NCBI GenBank assembly: GCA_963847625.1
Contig: CAWKAR010000022.1
Location: forward strand, 34,405-98,404
DNA length: 64,000 bases
Direction: 5' to 3'
DNA from: a candidate division FCPU426 bacterium
GTDB taxonomy: Bacteria > Oederibacteriota > Muellerivitia > Muellerivitales > Muellerivitaceae
Position 1 is the first letter of the stretch. Each line of letters begins with the position of its first letter. Below the pieces are notes generated by a model. It made no database searches, was not told the origin of the DNA, and saw only the letters and a list, made by a program, of their open reading frames with translations. Positions 10,250 through 19,618 of this stretch are shown here, one piece after another. A program made the translations under genes and the position numbers.

Positions 10250-10686
10250 GGTTTCTCCGTATTCTTCATCTTGGTGGTCCATAAGGAAAGCCATCGGGGT
10301 ATCAAAGGCGATCCCTCTTTCAGGATCACAATCTGGTCATTGGATGGGGTGACCATGCCCAGCTGTTCCCGCGCGATTTTTTCCACCCGAGGAAGGCTGT
10401 TCACGTCGTACATCTGGTACTTGAGGTAATAGTATTGGTTGACGAGTTGCTGTTTCTGGACCCTGAGCGCCTGCACCTCGTAGCCAAGCTTGACTACCTG
10501 CATGTGCAGCCAAACGTATAGAAAGAGGAAAAGGCTCAGAAAAAGCACACCCCAGAGGGTTCCCCTGAAGTCGCGCCGGTGCACGGCCTTGGCTAGGTTT
10601 CCTCGCCAGAAAAAGCCGGCGTCCAAAGCGCGGTTGGCGGTGTCGAAAAACTGGTCCTTAATGGAATCGACTTGGTATCCGTTCAC
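10246..10686 (-). CDS. ftsL: Cell division protein FtsL-like
   Basis: Single TM, coiled coil, RVEKIAREQLGMVTP; lies between rsmH and ftsI with overlapping start/stop codons. Confidence 0.88.
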   Translation of the reverse strand: MNGYQVDSIKDQFFDTANRALDAGFFWRGNLAKAVHRRDFRGTLWGVLFLSLFLFLYVWLHMQVVKLGYEVQALRVQKQQLVNQYYYLKYQMYDVNSLPRVEKIAREQLGMVTPSNDQIVILKEGSPLIPRWLSLWTTKMKNTEKP

Positions 10687-11645
10687 GAGGCCGTCTCCAC
10701 TCGCAATTTTTCCGCAACCCTCAGTTTGGCGCTACGAGCCCTCGGGTTTTGCGCTAGTTCCGCTTCCGAGGCCATGACTGGTTTTTTAGTCAGGATCCGC
10801 AGGTTCGCCTTGTGCCCACAGACGCATTGGGGCAGATCGGGCGGGCAAAGGCAGTCGGTGCTTTCGGTCTTGAAGAATTCCTTGACAATCCGGTCTTCAA
10901 GGGAATGGAAGGTAATGACGGCGATCCGCCCGCTTTGAGCGAGAACCTTCAGGGCGGCCTGGAGCCCCTGGGAAAGAGCTTCCAGTTCCTTGTTCACTTC
11001 GATTCGGAGGGCTTGGAAAAGACGCGTAGCGGGATGGTGTCGAAGTTTCCTCCCTTTTTTAAAGGTTTTCCCGCAAACACGTTTGGCCAATTGGGCGAGT
11101 TCAAGAGTCGTTTCGAAACCCTTTTGGTTACGGGCCTGTACGATGGCGCGGGCCAGGGCGCGGGCCTTGGGTTCCTCTCCGTATTCATAGATGATTTTGG
11201 AAAGCTTTCCTTCGGGATAGTTGTTGACGATCCAGGCGGCTGTGCGGCCGGCGGCCTGGTCCATACGCATGTCCAGCGGGCCGTCCTGAAGGAAGGAAAA
11301 ACCGCGTTCGGCGGCGTCAAGTTGTAAGGAGGAAACCCCTATATCCATCAACACGCTGTTAACCTCGCTGATTGAAAGGTCTTTCAGCACCCACAGGAGG
11401 TCGGCGAAGTTAGCCTTGAAAAGAGAGACCCTTGGGTCTTTCTTGAGTGCTAGGCCAGCGTGTTGTAGGGCATCGACATCCTGGTCAATCCCAACCAAGC
11501 GGCCCTTTGGCAGGTGTTTCAAAAGCTCCTGCGAATGACCGCCCATCCCGACCGTCAAATCCAAGACCACCCCGTCGGGAGGGGGCGACAGCCATTCCAC
11601 CGCCTCTTTTATAAGAACTGGTTGGTGGACGTTTTCAGGGTTCAA
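10683..11645 (-). CDS. rsmH: 16S rRNA C1402 N4-methyltransferase RsmH (MraW)
   Basis: HQPVL, GMGGHS, DIGVSSLQLD, PLDMRMD, FQALRIEVN, FHSLEDR, NPRARSAKLR. ORF open to 11681; TTG at 11645 is the likelier start. Confidence 0.97.
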   Translation of the reverse strand: MNPENVHQPVLIKEAVEWLSPPPDGVVLDLTVGMGGHSQELLKHLPKGRLVGIDQDVDALQHAGLALKKDPRVSLFKANFADLLWVLKDLSISEVNSVLMDIGVSSLQLDAAERGFSFLQDGPLDMRMDQAAGRTAAWIVNNYPEGKLSKIIYEYGEEPKARALARAIVQARNQKGFETTLELAQLAKRVCGKTFKKGRKLRHHPATRLFQALRIEVNKELEALSQGLQAALKVLAQSGRIAVITFHSLEDRIVKEFFKTESTDCLCPPDLPQCVCGHKANLRILTKKPVMASEAELAQNPRARSAKLRVAEKLRVETAS

Positions 11646-11973
11646 AGCGGGCGAGGGCTTCTTCCTCGCTCGATACCACATCGAAGTAGGAAAAAGCTCC
11701 CACGAGCTTGAATAGGTTCACCACGTAAGGGATCAAGCCGGCCAGCTTGATCTCCCCTCCTATGGATCTGAACCTCATATTTTTTTCGGACAAAAGAGAT
11801 ATCCCGTCCAGGGAGACGTGGGAGACATTCTTGAAATTCAAAACAACCTTGTTCTGGTTTTTCAACACCATGTCGGTAAGCAAGTTCAAGACCGATTCCA
11901 TGTCCCTTTTTCTGATATAGCCGGATAAGCGGATGACGGAGGCGGTTTCGGTCGGAGTCAGTGTGGCGTTCAT
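11635..11973 (-). CDS. STAS-domain protein (anti-sigma-factor antagonist-like) 2
   Basis: 112 aa with STAS pattern VVLNFKNVSHVSLDGISLL...GGEIKLAGL...F...EEEAL; ATG overlaps the upstream stop (TGATG). Confidence 0.88.
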   Translation of the reverse strand: MNATLTPTETASVIRLSGYIRKRDMESVLNLLTDMVLKNQNKVVLNFKNVSHVSLDGISLLSEKNMRFRSIGGEIKLAGLIPYVVNLFKLVGAFSYFDVVSSEEEALARFEP

Positions 11974-12338
11974 CAGTCCTCCTGTGCCGGCGCGTAAACC
12001 GGCATACGTCCAGTTTTCACCATCATTTCTTTGACGTCTAAATAAATTTCAAACGCCTTTTCGACTCCCATGGACCGGAATAAGTGCATGAGGCGACTGG
12101 AAAGGCCTACGATTTTCAGGTCTCCTTTCCGGAATCGTATCTGGCCCCAATGGTTCAACAAGGCCCCCAAAACATTGGCGTTCATGAAAGAAACCCGGCT
12201 CAAGTCCAAAACCATGTGCCGGTAGCCTTTTTTGATCATGTTATCCATGGCTTCCCCGAGTTCCTGGATATCTAATTCACTTAGGTCCCCTTCAAGGGTA
12301 ATCAGCGAAAATTTTTCTTTTATTTCAATGCCCACCAT
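11973..12338 (-). CDS. STAS-domain protein (anti-sigma-factor antagonist-like) 1
   Basis: 121 aa with LEGDL, MVLDLSRVSFMNANVLGAL, GDLKIVGL pattern; GGAG SD upstream. Confidence 0.88.
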   Translation of the reverse strand: MVGIEIKEKFSLITLEGDLSELDIQELGEAMDNMIKKGYRHMVLDLSRVSFMNANVLGALLNHWGQIRFRKGDLKIVGLSSRLMHLFRSMGVEKAFEIYLDVKEMMVKTGRMPVYAPAQED

Positions 12339-12355
12339 CGGGTTACTCCTTTTCT

Positions 12356-12826
12356 TTACAATGGAATCGACTGGATACCCTTATCCGAAAGTTTCTGTCC
12401 CAACAGCTCGAGCGATTGCGATGTCTGGGCGTGGTAGTTTTCGTATTTAGCCTTGTCCCAAATCTCGATGCGGTGGAGCATTCCCACGATCACCACGCTC
12501 TTACTGATGCCCGCCTCCTTGCGCAAGACCGGTGAGATCATGATGCGTCCCTGCTGGTCGATCTCCACTTCGTCGAAGGCTTTCAGAATCGCGCGTTGGA
12601 ATTGCCTTTCCTCCGGGCTCAATGAGTTCAAAGAGGAGAGCTTCTCTTCGATTTTTTTCCATGCGTCCATGGGGTAAAGGAACAGGCACTGGTCGAATCC
12701 CAGGTTGAGGATCATGGGCGTTTCATGCTCGGAGCGGATTTGTTCCCGAAACCGGGCTGGAATGCTCATCCGGCCCTTGTCGTCCACTGTGTTGTAGAAA
12801 ATTCCTCTGAACACAAATTTCTCCAA
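12356..12826 (-). CDS. mraZ: Transcriptional regulator MraZ
   Basis: DDKGRMSIPARFR, DQQGRIMI and IEIWD motifs; first gene of the dcw cluster. Confidence 0.97.
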   Translation of the reverse strand: MEKFVFRGIFYNTVDDKGRMSIPARFREQIRSEHETPMILNLGFDQCLFLYPMDAWKKIEEKLSSLNSLSPEERQFQRAILKAFDEVEIDQQGRIMISPVLRKEAGISKSVVIVGMLHRIEIWDKAKYENYHAQTSQSLELLGQKLSDKGIQSIPL

Positions 12827-12855
12827 ACCGTAAAAAATAAAGGTTTTTCGGGGCC

Positions 12856-12918
12856 TCCCACTTTATCCCACCGCTCCCCATTTCGCGCCATTATTAGGGT
12901 AAACAATGACCTAGTCAA
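12856..12918 (-). promoter_or_regulatory. dcw promoter with four MraZ-binding direct repeats
   Basis: Minus strand reads TTGACT (12918-12913), TAATAAT (12896-12890), then TGGCG, TGGGG, TGGGA, TGGGA at exact 10-bp spacing, the known TGGGN MraZ-box arrangement. Confidence 0.85.
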
Positions 12919-13181
12919 GGTTTTTTTATTGAAAATAAAGGAATTCCTCGCTCATAAGCAGGCAGGGCAAGGGTAATTTCTAATGATTTATTGATATTTA
13001 TTGTTGAAACGGCCTATTTAGGATTTCTTCCAATGTTGATAAGAATGGGGGGAATATTGGAATTCCGGTGGGATTATCAAATTTTATGATGAATTAATCC
13101 GGCTTCCCATCTCAAGAAATGTTCAGCAACACCATCCCGAATCATGACGGATTACTTTTAGTCTGAAAGTGTAACGGTAAT

Positions 13182-15305
13182 TTAATTGTTATACCCATGT
13201 GGCTTCAAATCTCGGGTTTTAAGATTTGCATGAACAGATAGTATTCGGGCTATTTGCAGAGCCCTTTTTGATTCCTCACTTCGGCCCATGGCTTGTAAAC
13301 AAATCCCTTTGCCGTAATACAAATGGGCAAAGGAGTAACCTTGTTGGATGGCTTGATGGTAGGCATCGACGGCTGCCGCATAATCCCCGCCCCAAAATTT
13401 AAAACAAGCGAATTTTTCCCAATAAACCGCAGTGAGGAATCGGTCATCCTTCGCGATATCCTTCAATGGATCCAAGCGTTCCGAATAAATCCTCCAGGAA
13501 TCCAGGGGGTTCTTGTTTTTTATCTCCAGGTTGATCTGGCGATGGATGCGGTCGGACCGAATCCAACGGTTTAGGAGCGTAGGTGTCATCTGGGAAACGG
13601 GAATCAAGAAAATCCCAAAAGGGGGAGGATCGTTTGGTGAGGTTTTATCGGTCTTTAAGACTTCGAATTTCATCCCCGGGAAACATGCACCCAAATAAGG
13701 GGCGTATTGGGCATTGAGAATCAGGACCGCCCACTGGGGTGTCTCTCCGTAAAGAGAAGGGTTTTGGAGAACATCAAAAGGATAACTGGCGATATCTAGC
13801 GTCTTATTGTCGTAATCGGGGTTGAATTCAGAAAAAATATAAAGAGGTCCTGATTCCTTTTGAAGTTTGTTGATGATTTGATAGGCACTATAGTATTGCA
13901 CACTACGCCATTGCCGTACGGATAGAACCCTCGTGATGTCGCAATAGGGCCCAGTGAAATTGTAGAAGTTTAGAGAAAGGGAAACAAGAACCAGTCCTCC
14001 TAACCCAAACCATATTTTTTTTCCAGACAATCGAGAAAGAAGACATTGAGCGCCGAATCCGGCCAATAACATCCAGAGGGGCAGTGAAGGCGTCACCCGG
14101 TGCAATTCCAGACCGCTGGTGGTGATTCCGGGTAGCATGGAAACAAAAAGCACTAGGCTTAGGAATCCAAGCAATGCATTGCCGATTTTTTCAAAAGCAT
14201 GGACCGTCCCGATCATAATTAAGGAGCCGGTCACAGGATCGAACATTCCCCCGAAATTGGGTGCAAAAGGAAAACTGTTTTTACTGTTCCAAAAAAGTCC
14301 GATAATATAGGTGAAATAGGATTGGATTGAAAAAAAGCCAATCCAAATGTTTCGGAGATATGTCAACCCACCTAGCTGAAGGCGGGCTATAAGCAGGGGT
14401 AAAATGAGGACCAGCTCTACAAGTTGAAAAAAACCAAAAAACATCTTACCCTTTTTACCGTTTTTCAAAGCGTAGATACCCAGGGCGAGAGTGATGAAAA
14501 ACCAAACAGCCACCCAATTCACATAGGAATAAAATCCAAAAGCATTGCTCACGCATAGGCCCAACAACCATCGCCACCGGGCAGCTTCGCTCCTAGCCCT
14601 CAGAAACCCGCCCAATAAACCCAGGGATAATAGATGAAAAATTGGGATTAGGTCTTCTGGCGTGCAGAAACGCATGAGCGAGAATTCCCAAAAGGAAAAA
14701 GTGATGAAGCAAAGAAAAATAAAAGAGAAGTAAGGGGAAGAAAATCGTCGAATGGACCAGAAAGCGAGAAAAGCCGTCACGATGGAAAGCAGGGTAGGAT
14801 AAAGCCTTAGGGCGAAAAGGGAAGGTTTTACGAAACGGAAAAAAAACCCCATGGACCATATCAATAGAGGTTCGTTCTTTCCTGAAGTCCACAACAGATT
14901 CCAGTGCCATTTTTTCATGAGGCCCATGGCTAGTATTGAAAAAATACCTTCATCACATAAAGGCCAGGAGGGAATGCCCGTAAGCTGGTAAAAACGAGTG
15001 AAAAAAAGAAAGAAGCCAAAAAGAAACCACAACCATAGAGGCGGAGATGGACCAGGAACATCTATGGAAAAGGAGTCATGGGAAAAGGTTGTAGAAGAGG
15101 AGCTTTTCAATCGTTTTTCCAGGACAGTCCAAAGGGCCGCGAGGAAAGGAAGCATTACGCCTAGTATACCAATCCAGAGTTTGGCCTGCAGAGGCAGTGT
15201 TGTGTAGGAAAGAAGAAATCCGGAGACTAGGAAGATCCCGAAATAAATAGGCGCATGGAATGGAATTTGAAGTCTTAGGCCCGAAAGAATTTCCTTTTTA
15301 TTCAT
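13182..15305 (-). CDS. GT-C (GT39/ArnT/PMT-like) membrane glycosyltransferase with C-terminal TPR
   Basis: Many TM helices, FTRFYQL..IP..PLCDEG loop motif, FALRLYP; C-terminal TPR-like helices; AT-richer than its neighbours. Confidence 0.72.
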   Translation of the reverse strand: MNKKEILSGLRLQIPFHAPIYFGIFLVSGFLLSYTTLPLQAKLWIGILGVMLPFLAALWTVLEKRLKSSSSTTFSHDSFSIDVPGPSPPLWLWFLFGFFLFFTRFYQLTGIPSWPLCDEGIFSILAMGLMKKWHWNLLWTSGKNEPLLIWSMGFFFRFVKPSLFALRLYPTLLSIVTAFLAFWSIRRFSSPYFSFIFLCFITFSFWEFSLMRFCTPEDLIPIFHLLSLGLLGGFLRARSEAARWRWLLGLCVSNAFGFYSYVNWVAVWFFITLALGIYALKNGKKGKMFFGFFQLVELVLILPLLIARLQLGGLTYLRNIWIGFFSIQSYFTYIIGLFWNSKNSFPFAPNFGGMFDPVTGSLIMIGTVHAFEKIGNALLGFLSLVLFVSMLPGITTSGLELHRVTPSLPLWMLLAGFGAQCLLSRLSGKKIWFGLGGLVLVSLSLNFYNFTGPYCDITRVLSVRQWRSVQYYSAYQIINKLQKESGPLYIFSEFNPDYDNKTLDIASYPFDVLQNPSLYGETPQWAVLILNAQYAPYLGACFPGMKFEVLKTDKTSPNDPPPFGIFLIPVSQMTPTLLNRWIRSDRIHRQINLEIKNKNPLDSWRIYSERLDPLKDIAKDDRFLTAVYWEKFACFKFWGGDYAAAVDAYHQAIQQGYSFAHLYYGKGICLQAMGRSEESKRALQIARILSVHANLKTRDLKPHGYNN

Positions 15306-15525
15306 TGAGCCTCCGCCAAACTAATAAGTTCTTATTATTTTATTACTATTCCAGCAGTTAATGGAACCTAAAGAGATCTTGCTTTTTATTTTTGAATTTC
15401 GAATTAGCAAGTATTGTATGTTGAACCCCATAAAATATTTCTTGCGAAAGGTCACATTATTTAAATGGAAGCCTAGCTGGAATGGTTTGCCAATCAGAGT
15501 AATATAAAACTTTTTCGAAAAAAAC

Positions 15526-17016
15526 TTAGTTCTGGGTTAGGACCTGCCCCACGGCCCAAATCCAACCGGCCCATAATTTCTTTCGCACTGCTTCCTTCAT
15601 CCTCGGTCGGTACAATTTGTCCACCTTGCGGATTTTCTGGATTTCAGCGCTGTCCTTCCAGAATCCGACTTGCAAGCCCGCCAGGAATGCCGCGCCCATG
15701 GCGGTAGTCTCCACCACTTTCGGCCGGTTGATCTTGACATTCAGAATGTCGGCCTGGAATTGCATCAACAGGTTGTTCTTGCAGGCACCCCCGTCCACCC
15801 GCAACTCTTTCATCTTGAATTTTGAATCCTTCAGCATCGCATCCGCGACATCACGGCTTTGGTAAGCCAAGGATTCCAACGCGGCCCTTATCACATGTTC
15901 CCTTTTAGTTCCCCGTGTTATCCCAACAAGACCGCCGCGTGCTTTGGCATCCCAATAAGGCGCTCCCAATCCCACGAAAGCCGGCACCAGGTAAACCCCC
16001 CCGGTATCCGGTACTTTTCTGGCGGCCGCTTCTGATTCAGGTGAAGATTTAATCAATTGAAGTCCATCTCTAACCCATTGAATGGCCGCTCCCCCGATGA
16101 AAACCGACCCTTCCAAGGCGTAAACCGGTTGCCCCCTTCCATCGCAGGCAAGTGTAGTCAATAACTTGTTTTTTGAACTGAAATGACGCTTGCCGAGGTT
16201 TAAAAGAAGGAAGCATCCGGTTCCATAGGTATTCTTCAGGGTTCCAGGCTCGTGGCACCCCTGTCCAAACAGGGCCGCCTGCTGGTCGCCCGCGATTCCC
16301 GTAATGGGAACGCCGGCTCCCAAATAACTTTTCCGGGAAGTTTTTCCGAAGAGGCTTGCGGAAGCCTGAACCTTCGGAAGCAATGAGGAATGGATATGCA
16401 GGAACTTCAGGAGTTGGGAATCCCACTTTTTAGTCTTGATGTTGAAAATTAAGGTCCGGGAAGCATTGGAAAAATCCGTGGCATGGGAACTGCCTCCTGT
16501 CAGGTTCCATAAAACCCAACTATCGATGGTGCCGAAAGCCAGTTGGCCCTTGGCCGCCCGCCGGGCGACACCCGGCACGTTTTTCAAGAGCCATTCCACC
16601 TTGGTGCCGGAAAAATAAGCGTCGATCACCAAACCTGTTTTGCTTCGAAACAACTTTTCTTTTCCCTGAGCCTTCAACTGGTCGCACCGGGGAGCCGTCC
16701 TGCGGCATTGCCAGACGATGGCCTTGTGAATGGGTTTTCCCGTTTGGCGGTCCCATAGGACCGTGGTTTCCCGTTGGTTGGTGATTCCGATTCCAGCGAT
16801 TTGAGAAGGTTTTACTCCTGCGGTTTTTAATGCCTTTTTTCCTGTCTCCTCGACGGTTGCCCAGATCTCATTCGCGTCATGTTCCACCCAGCCCGGTTTT
16901 GGAAAATATTGAGTGAATTCCCGATAAGCGCTCCCCACGACTTTGCCCGAATGGTCGAAAAGATAAGACCTGGTTCCAGTCGTACCCTGGTCGATTGCAA
17001 GAATCAATTTTTCCAT
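15526..17016 (-). CDS. glpK: Glycerol kinase
   Basis: DQGTTG, ITNQRET, WQCRRT, YFSGTK, GDQQAALFG, KNTYGTG, YALEGS, LRVDGG motifs. Confidence 0.98.
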   Translation of the reverse strand: MEKLILAIDQGTTGTRSYLFDHSGKVVGSAYREFTQYFPKPGWVEHDANEIWATVEETGKKALKTAGVKPSQIAGIGITNQRETTVLWDRQTGKPIHKAIVWQCRRTAPRCDQLKAQGKEKLFRSKTGLVIDAYFSGTKVEWLLKNVPGVARRAAKGQLAFGTIDSWVLWNLTGGSSHATDFSNASRTLIFNIKTKKWDSQLLKFLHIHSSLLPKVQASASLFGKTSRKSYLGAGVPITGIAGDQQAALFGQGCHEPGTLKNTYGTGCFLLLNLGKRHFSSKNKLLTTLACDGRGQPVYALEGSVFIGGAAIQWVRDGLQLIKSSPESEAAARKVPDTGGVYLVPAFVGLGAPYWDAKARGGLVGITRGTKREHVIRAALESLAYQSRDVADAMLKDSKFKMKELRVDGGACKNNLLMQFQADILNVKINRPKVVETTAMGAAFLAGLQVGFWKDSAEIQKIRKVDKLYRPRMKEAVRKKLWAGWIWAVGQVLTQN

Positions 17017-18479
17017 AAACCGCTCCCTGCCTGGACTTCGCTTGCTTCCAGTTCCCGGTTAACGATAAGCATTAAATCCTCGCCGCTTTTTACAGGATAC
17101 CACTTCTTGACACCCACTTGGATTTCCGGCAGGTCCTTCCGGTGGGCCAGACACAGTACCGTATCGCGGTTTTGAAAAACCCTTTCCAGGTCCTCCACTT
17201 TTTGGAACAGGGGTTCGGCCGCGTGGTCAGAGAAAAACAAGAGAGCGTTGTTAAGCCCGTAAAATTCCTCATGCAAGGCTACGATCTTGGCCCCCCTGTC
17301 CCCGAAATATTTCACGTATGGCGCCAGGACGCGCGTATCCTTTTCCCGATCCTTGTCCAAACGGAACGGCAGAGCAGGCAATAAAACCGCGATGGACACC
17401 CCGGCAGTTAGGAGAATTTTTGCTGTAGTGAAACGCCACTTGGAAGTGGAAATAATCCGATCAGCTGCGTAACCCGACAGGAGGGCCAAGGCCGGGAAGC
17501 AAGGCATGAAGTACCAAATAACCCTGGCTTTCAGCAGGCTGATGATGATGAAAATGAGACTGAACCAAATTAAAACGAAAAGGTTGTTCTCGTTTTTCCT
17601 GAGTTTGGTACGCGCCATCCATACCCCCCCTAAAACCGACAGGGGCAACCAAGGCCAATAATAGGTCGTTAAATCCAATAAAAAGCCCAGGTGGCGGTAT
17701 AACGGCTCGGGATTTCCTTGGAACCCCCGTTGGAATATCAACCAGCTGAAATGAACTTCGATAAAATTCTGGCCGAAGGAAAGATATTCAACCGCATACC
17801 AACTGCATCCCACGAAAAGTGAAATCGCCAAGCCAGAGAAAAAAAACGGATTAAGAGCTTTTTTCCATTGGGAAGTAGACAAGAGAAAGGCTCCGGAAAT
17901 GGCCAGCGGAAACAAACCCAAAACACTTTTAACCAACATCGCCAACCCGATACAAAATCCCCACAATAGAAAGAACCGGCGGTCCTTCCGAAGGGCCAGA
18001 AGAAACAAGAAAAGGGCTGAAACCACGAAGAAAGTAAGGGTTACATCGACCATCGCGTGACGGGAATATTTAAGGAAAGGATAAGTGGTGGCCAGGATAA
18101 AACCCGCGTATAAGCCGACTCGTCGGTGGAAAAGATATTTTCCCAGGTGATAGACCAACATGACGTTTAAAAAACCCATGAGGGCTGATGGAAACTTCGC
18201 GGCGAATACACCGATTCCGAAAATTTTGTAAGAAAGGGCGGCCAACCACATGTAAAAGGGGGGATTTTCAAAGGCGGGGTGATGGTTATAAGTCAGCGTC
18301 CACCACTTGTGGTTTTGAAGAATTTCCTTGGCTTTTTCTGCATAAAAGCAGTCGTCGAAATTGGCCATGCCGTTTAGGCCAAGTTTGGAGAAATAGATAG
18401 ACAGCGTAAAAAGGGCCAGAACTCCTAGTTGGATTCTTTCGCTTAATGCCAGGTCATCCAGGTCCTGACGCTGGGCCAT
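17004..18479 (-). CDS. ArnT/GT39-family lipid-linked sugar transferase
   Basis: FDDCFYAEKAKE, PAFENPPFYMW, AAKFPSAL, SRHAMVD, LAMLVKS; multi-TM; coupled to the GT2 gene (TGATG). Confidence 0.85.
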   Translation of the reverse strand: MAQRQDLDDLALSERIQLGVLALFTLSIYFSKLGLNGMANFDDCFYAEKAKEILQNHKWWTLTYNHHPAFENPPFYMWLAALSYKIFGIGVFAAKFPSALMGFLNVMLVYHLGKYLFHRRVGLYAGFILATTYPFLKYSRHAMVDVTLTFFVVSALFLFLLALRKDRRFFLLWGFCIGLAMLVKSVLGLFPLAISGAFLLSTSQWKKALNPFFFSGLAISLFVGCSWYAVEYLSFGQNFIEVHFSWLIFQRGFQGNPEPLYRHLGFLLDLTTYYWPWLPLSVLGGVWMARTKLRKNENNLFVLIWFSLIFIIISLLKARVIWYFMPCFPALALLSGYAADRIISTSKWRFTTAKILLTAGVSIAVLLPALPFRLDKDREKDTRVLAPYVKYFGDRGAKIVALHEEFYGLNNALLFFSDHAAEPLFQKVEDLERVFQNRDTVLCLAHRKDLPEIQVGVKKWYPVKSGEDLMLIVNRELEASEVQAGSGLWKN

Positions 18480-19234
18480 CAGGGTTTCGTCTTCTCAAAG
18501 GTAAAAAGTTTCGTTTTCCATAACCCCATCCGCGCCAGGCGGAACTGGAGGGCCGTCCAGAGGCATCCTAAGCCATAGTTTAGACTGCGCATGAAGTTGA
18601 TGGAGGAAGCCTCGGGGAAATACTTGGTGGGACAAGTGACTTCAGCGATCCTGAACCTGAGAAAATGAATTTGCGAGAGCATCTGGTTATCGAAAATAAA
18701 GTCGTCCGAGTCTTGTTGGATGGGCACGGTTTCAAGCACCTGGCGCGTAAAGACCCGATATCCTGTGTGGTATTCGGACAGCTTGGCCCCCATCAGGAAA
18801 TTCTGGGTCAGGGTCAAGAAACGATTGCTGAGGTACTTGTAAAAAGGCATTCCCCCCTTAAGGGCTTGTCCCCCCAAAATACGGGAACCCAGCACCACGT
18901 CGTAAAGGCCCGAGTCCAAAAGATAGGCCATGGATGAAATGAGTTTCGGGGTGTATTGGTAGTCCGGGTGGAGCATTACGACGATGTCGGCGCCGCTTTG
19001 CAAGGCGGCCTTATAACAGGTCTTTTGGTTTCCCCCGTAGCCCCGGTTTTCGGGATGCACGATGGTCTTGATTCCCAATTCCAGGGCCACCCGGGCCGTA
19101 AAATCCCGGCTGGCGTCGTCCACCAGGATGACCTCGTCCACGATGTCCTTGGGAACTTCCGCGTAAGTCTGTTCCAAGGTCTTTTCGGCATTATAGGCCG
19201 GCATGACAACGACTATTTTTTTTCCGTGGATCAC
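18479..19234 (-). CDS. GT2 polyprenyl-phosphate glycosyltransferase (DPM1-like)
   Basis: VVMPAYN, LVDDAS, GYGGNQK, MLHPDYQY, SEYHTGYR motifs. Confidence 0.9.
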   Translation of the reverse strand: MIHGKKIVVVMPAYNAEKTLEQTYAEVPKDIVDEVILVDDASRDFTARVALELGIKTIVHPENRGYGGNQKTCYKAALQSGADIVVMLHPDYQYTPKLISSMAYLLDSGLYDVVLGSRILGGQALKGGMPFYKYLSNRFLTLTQNFLMGAKLSEYHTGYRVFTRQVLETVPIQQDSDDFIFDNQMLSQIHFLRFRIAEVTCPTKYFPEASSINFMRSLNYGLGCLWTALQFRLARMGLWKTKLFTFEKTKP

Positions 19235-19307
19235 GCTTTTTCCTTTTTCCGTATAAGTTTTGCTAAATCACAAGACTGGATTTCTATGCTTTTCTTTTTT
19301 CTCTGGG

Positions 19308-19562
19308 TTATCGGGAAGGCCGCAAAAGCCGAATAACCACCAATAACACAACCGCCCCCAAGATTGAAATCGCGAGGTTTCCCAATAGTCCTTCAGCGAT
19401 ATGGATATGAAGGGTATTGGCCAAAAAGCCCCCGATCAAGGCCCCTAAAATACCCACCACCATATCGGGAAGGACGCCCATCCCCTTACCTTGAACCAGG
19501 ATACTGGCCAGCCAGCCGGTAACCAAACCCACCAAAGCTGTCCATATCAAATGATGTTCCAT
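19308..19562 (-). CDS. GlsB/YeaQ/YmgE transglycosylase-associated membrane protein
   Basis: 84 aa, three TMs, GLVTGWLA...VGILGALIGG...ILGAVVLL pattern. Confidence 0.88.
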   Translation of the reverse strand: MEHHLIWTALVGLVTGWLASILVQGKGMGVLPDMVVGILGALIGGFLANTLHIHIAEGLLGNLAISILGAVVLLVVIRLLRPSR

Positions 19563-19618
19563 TCCAATCCTCCTTCAAGGTCTTAAGAAACCCAACGAGT
19601 TAAACCGAAAAATTCAAA

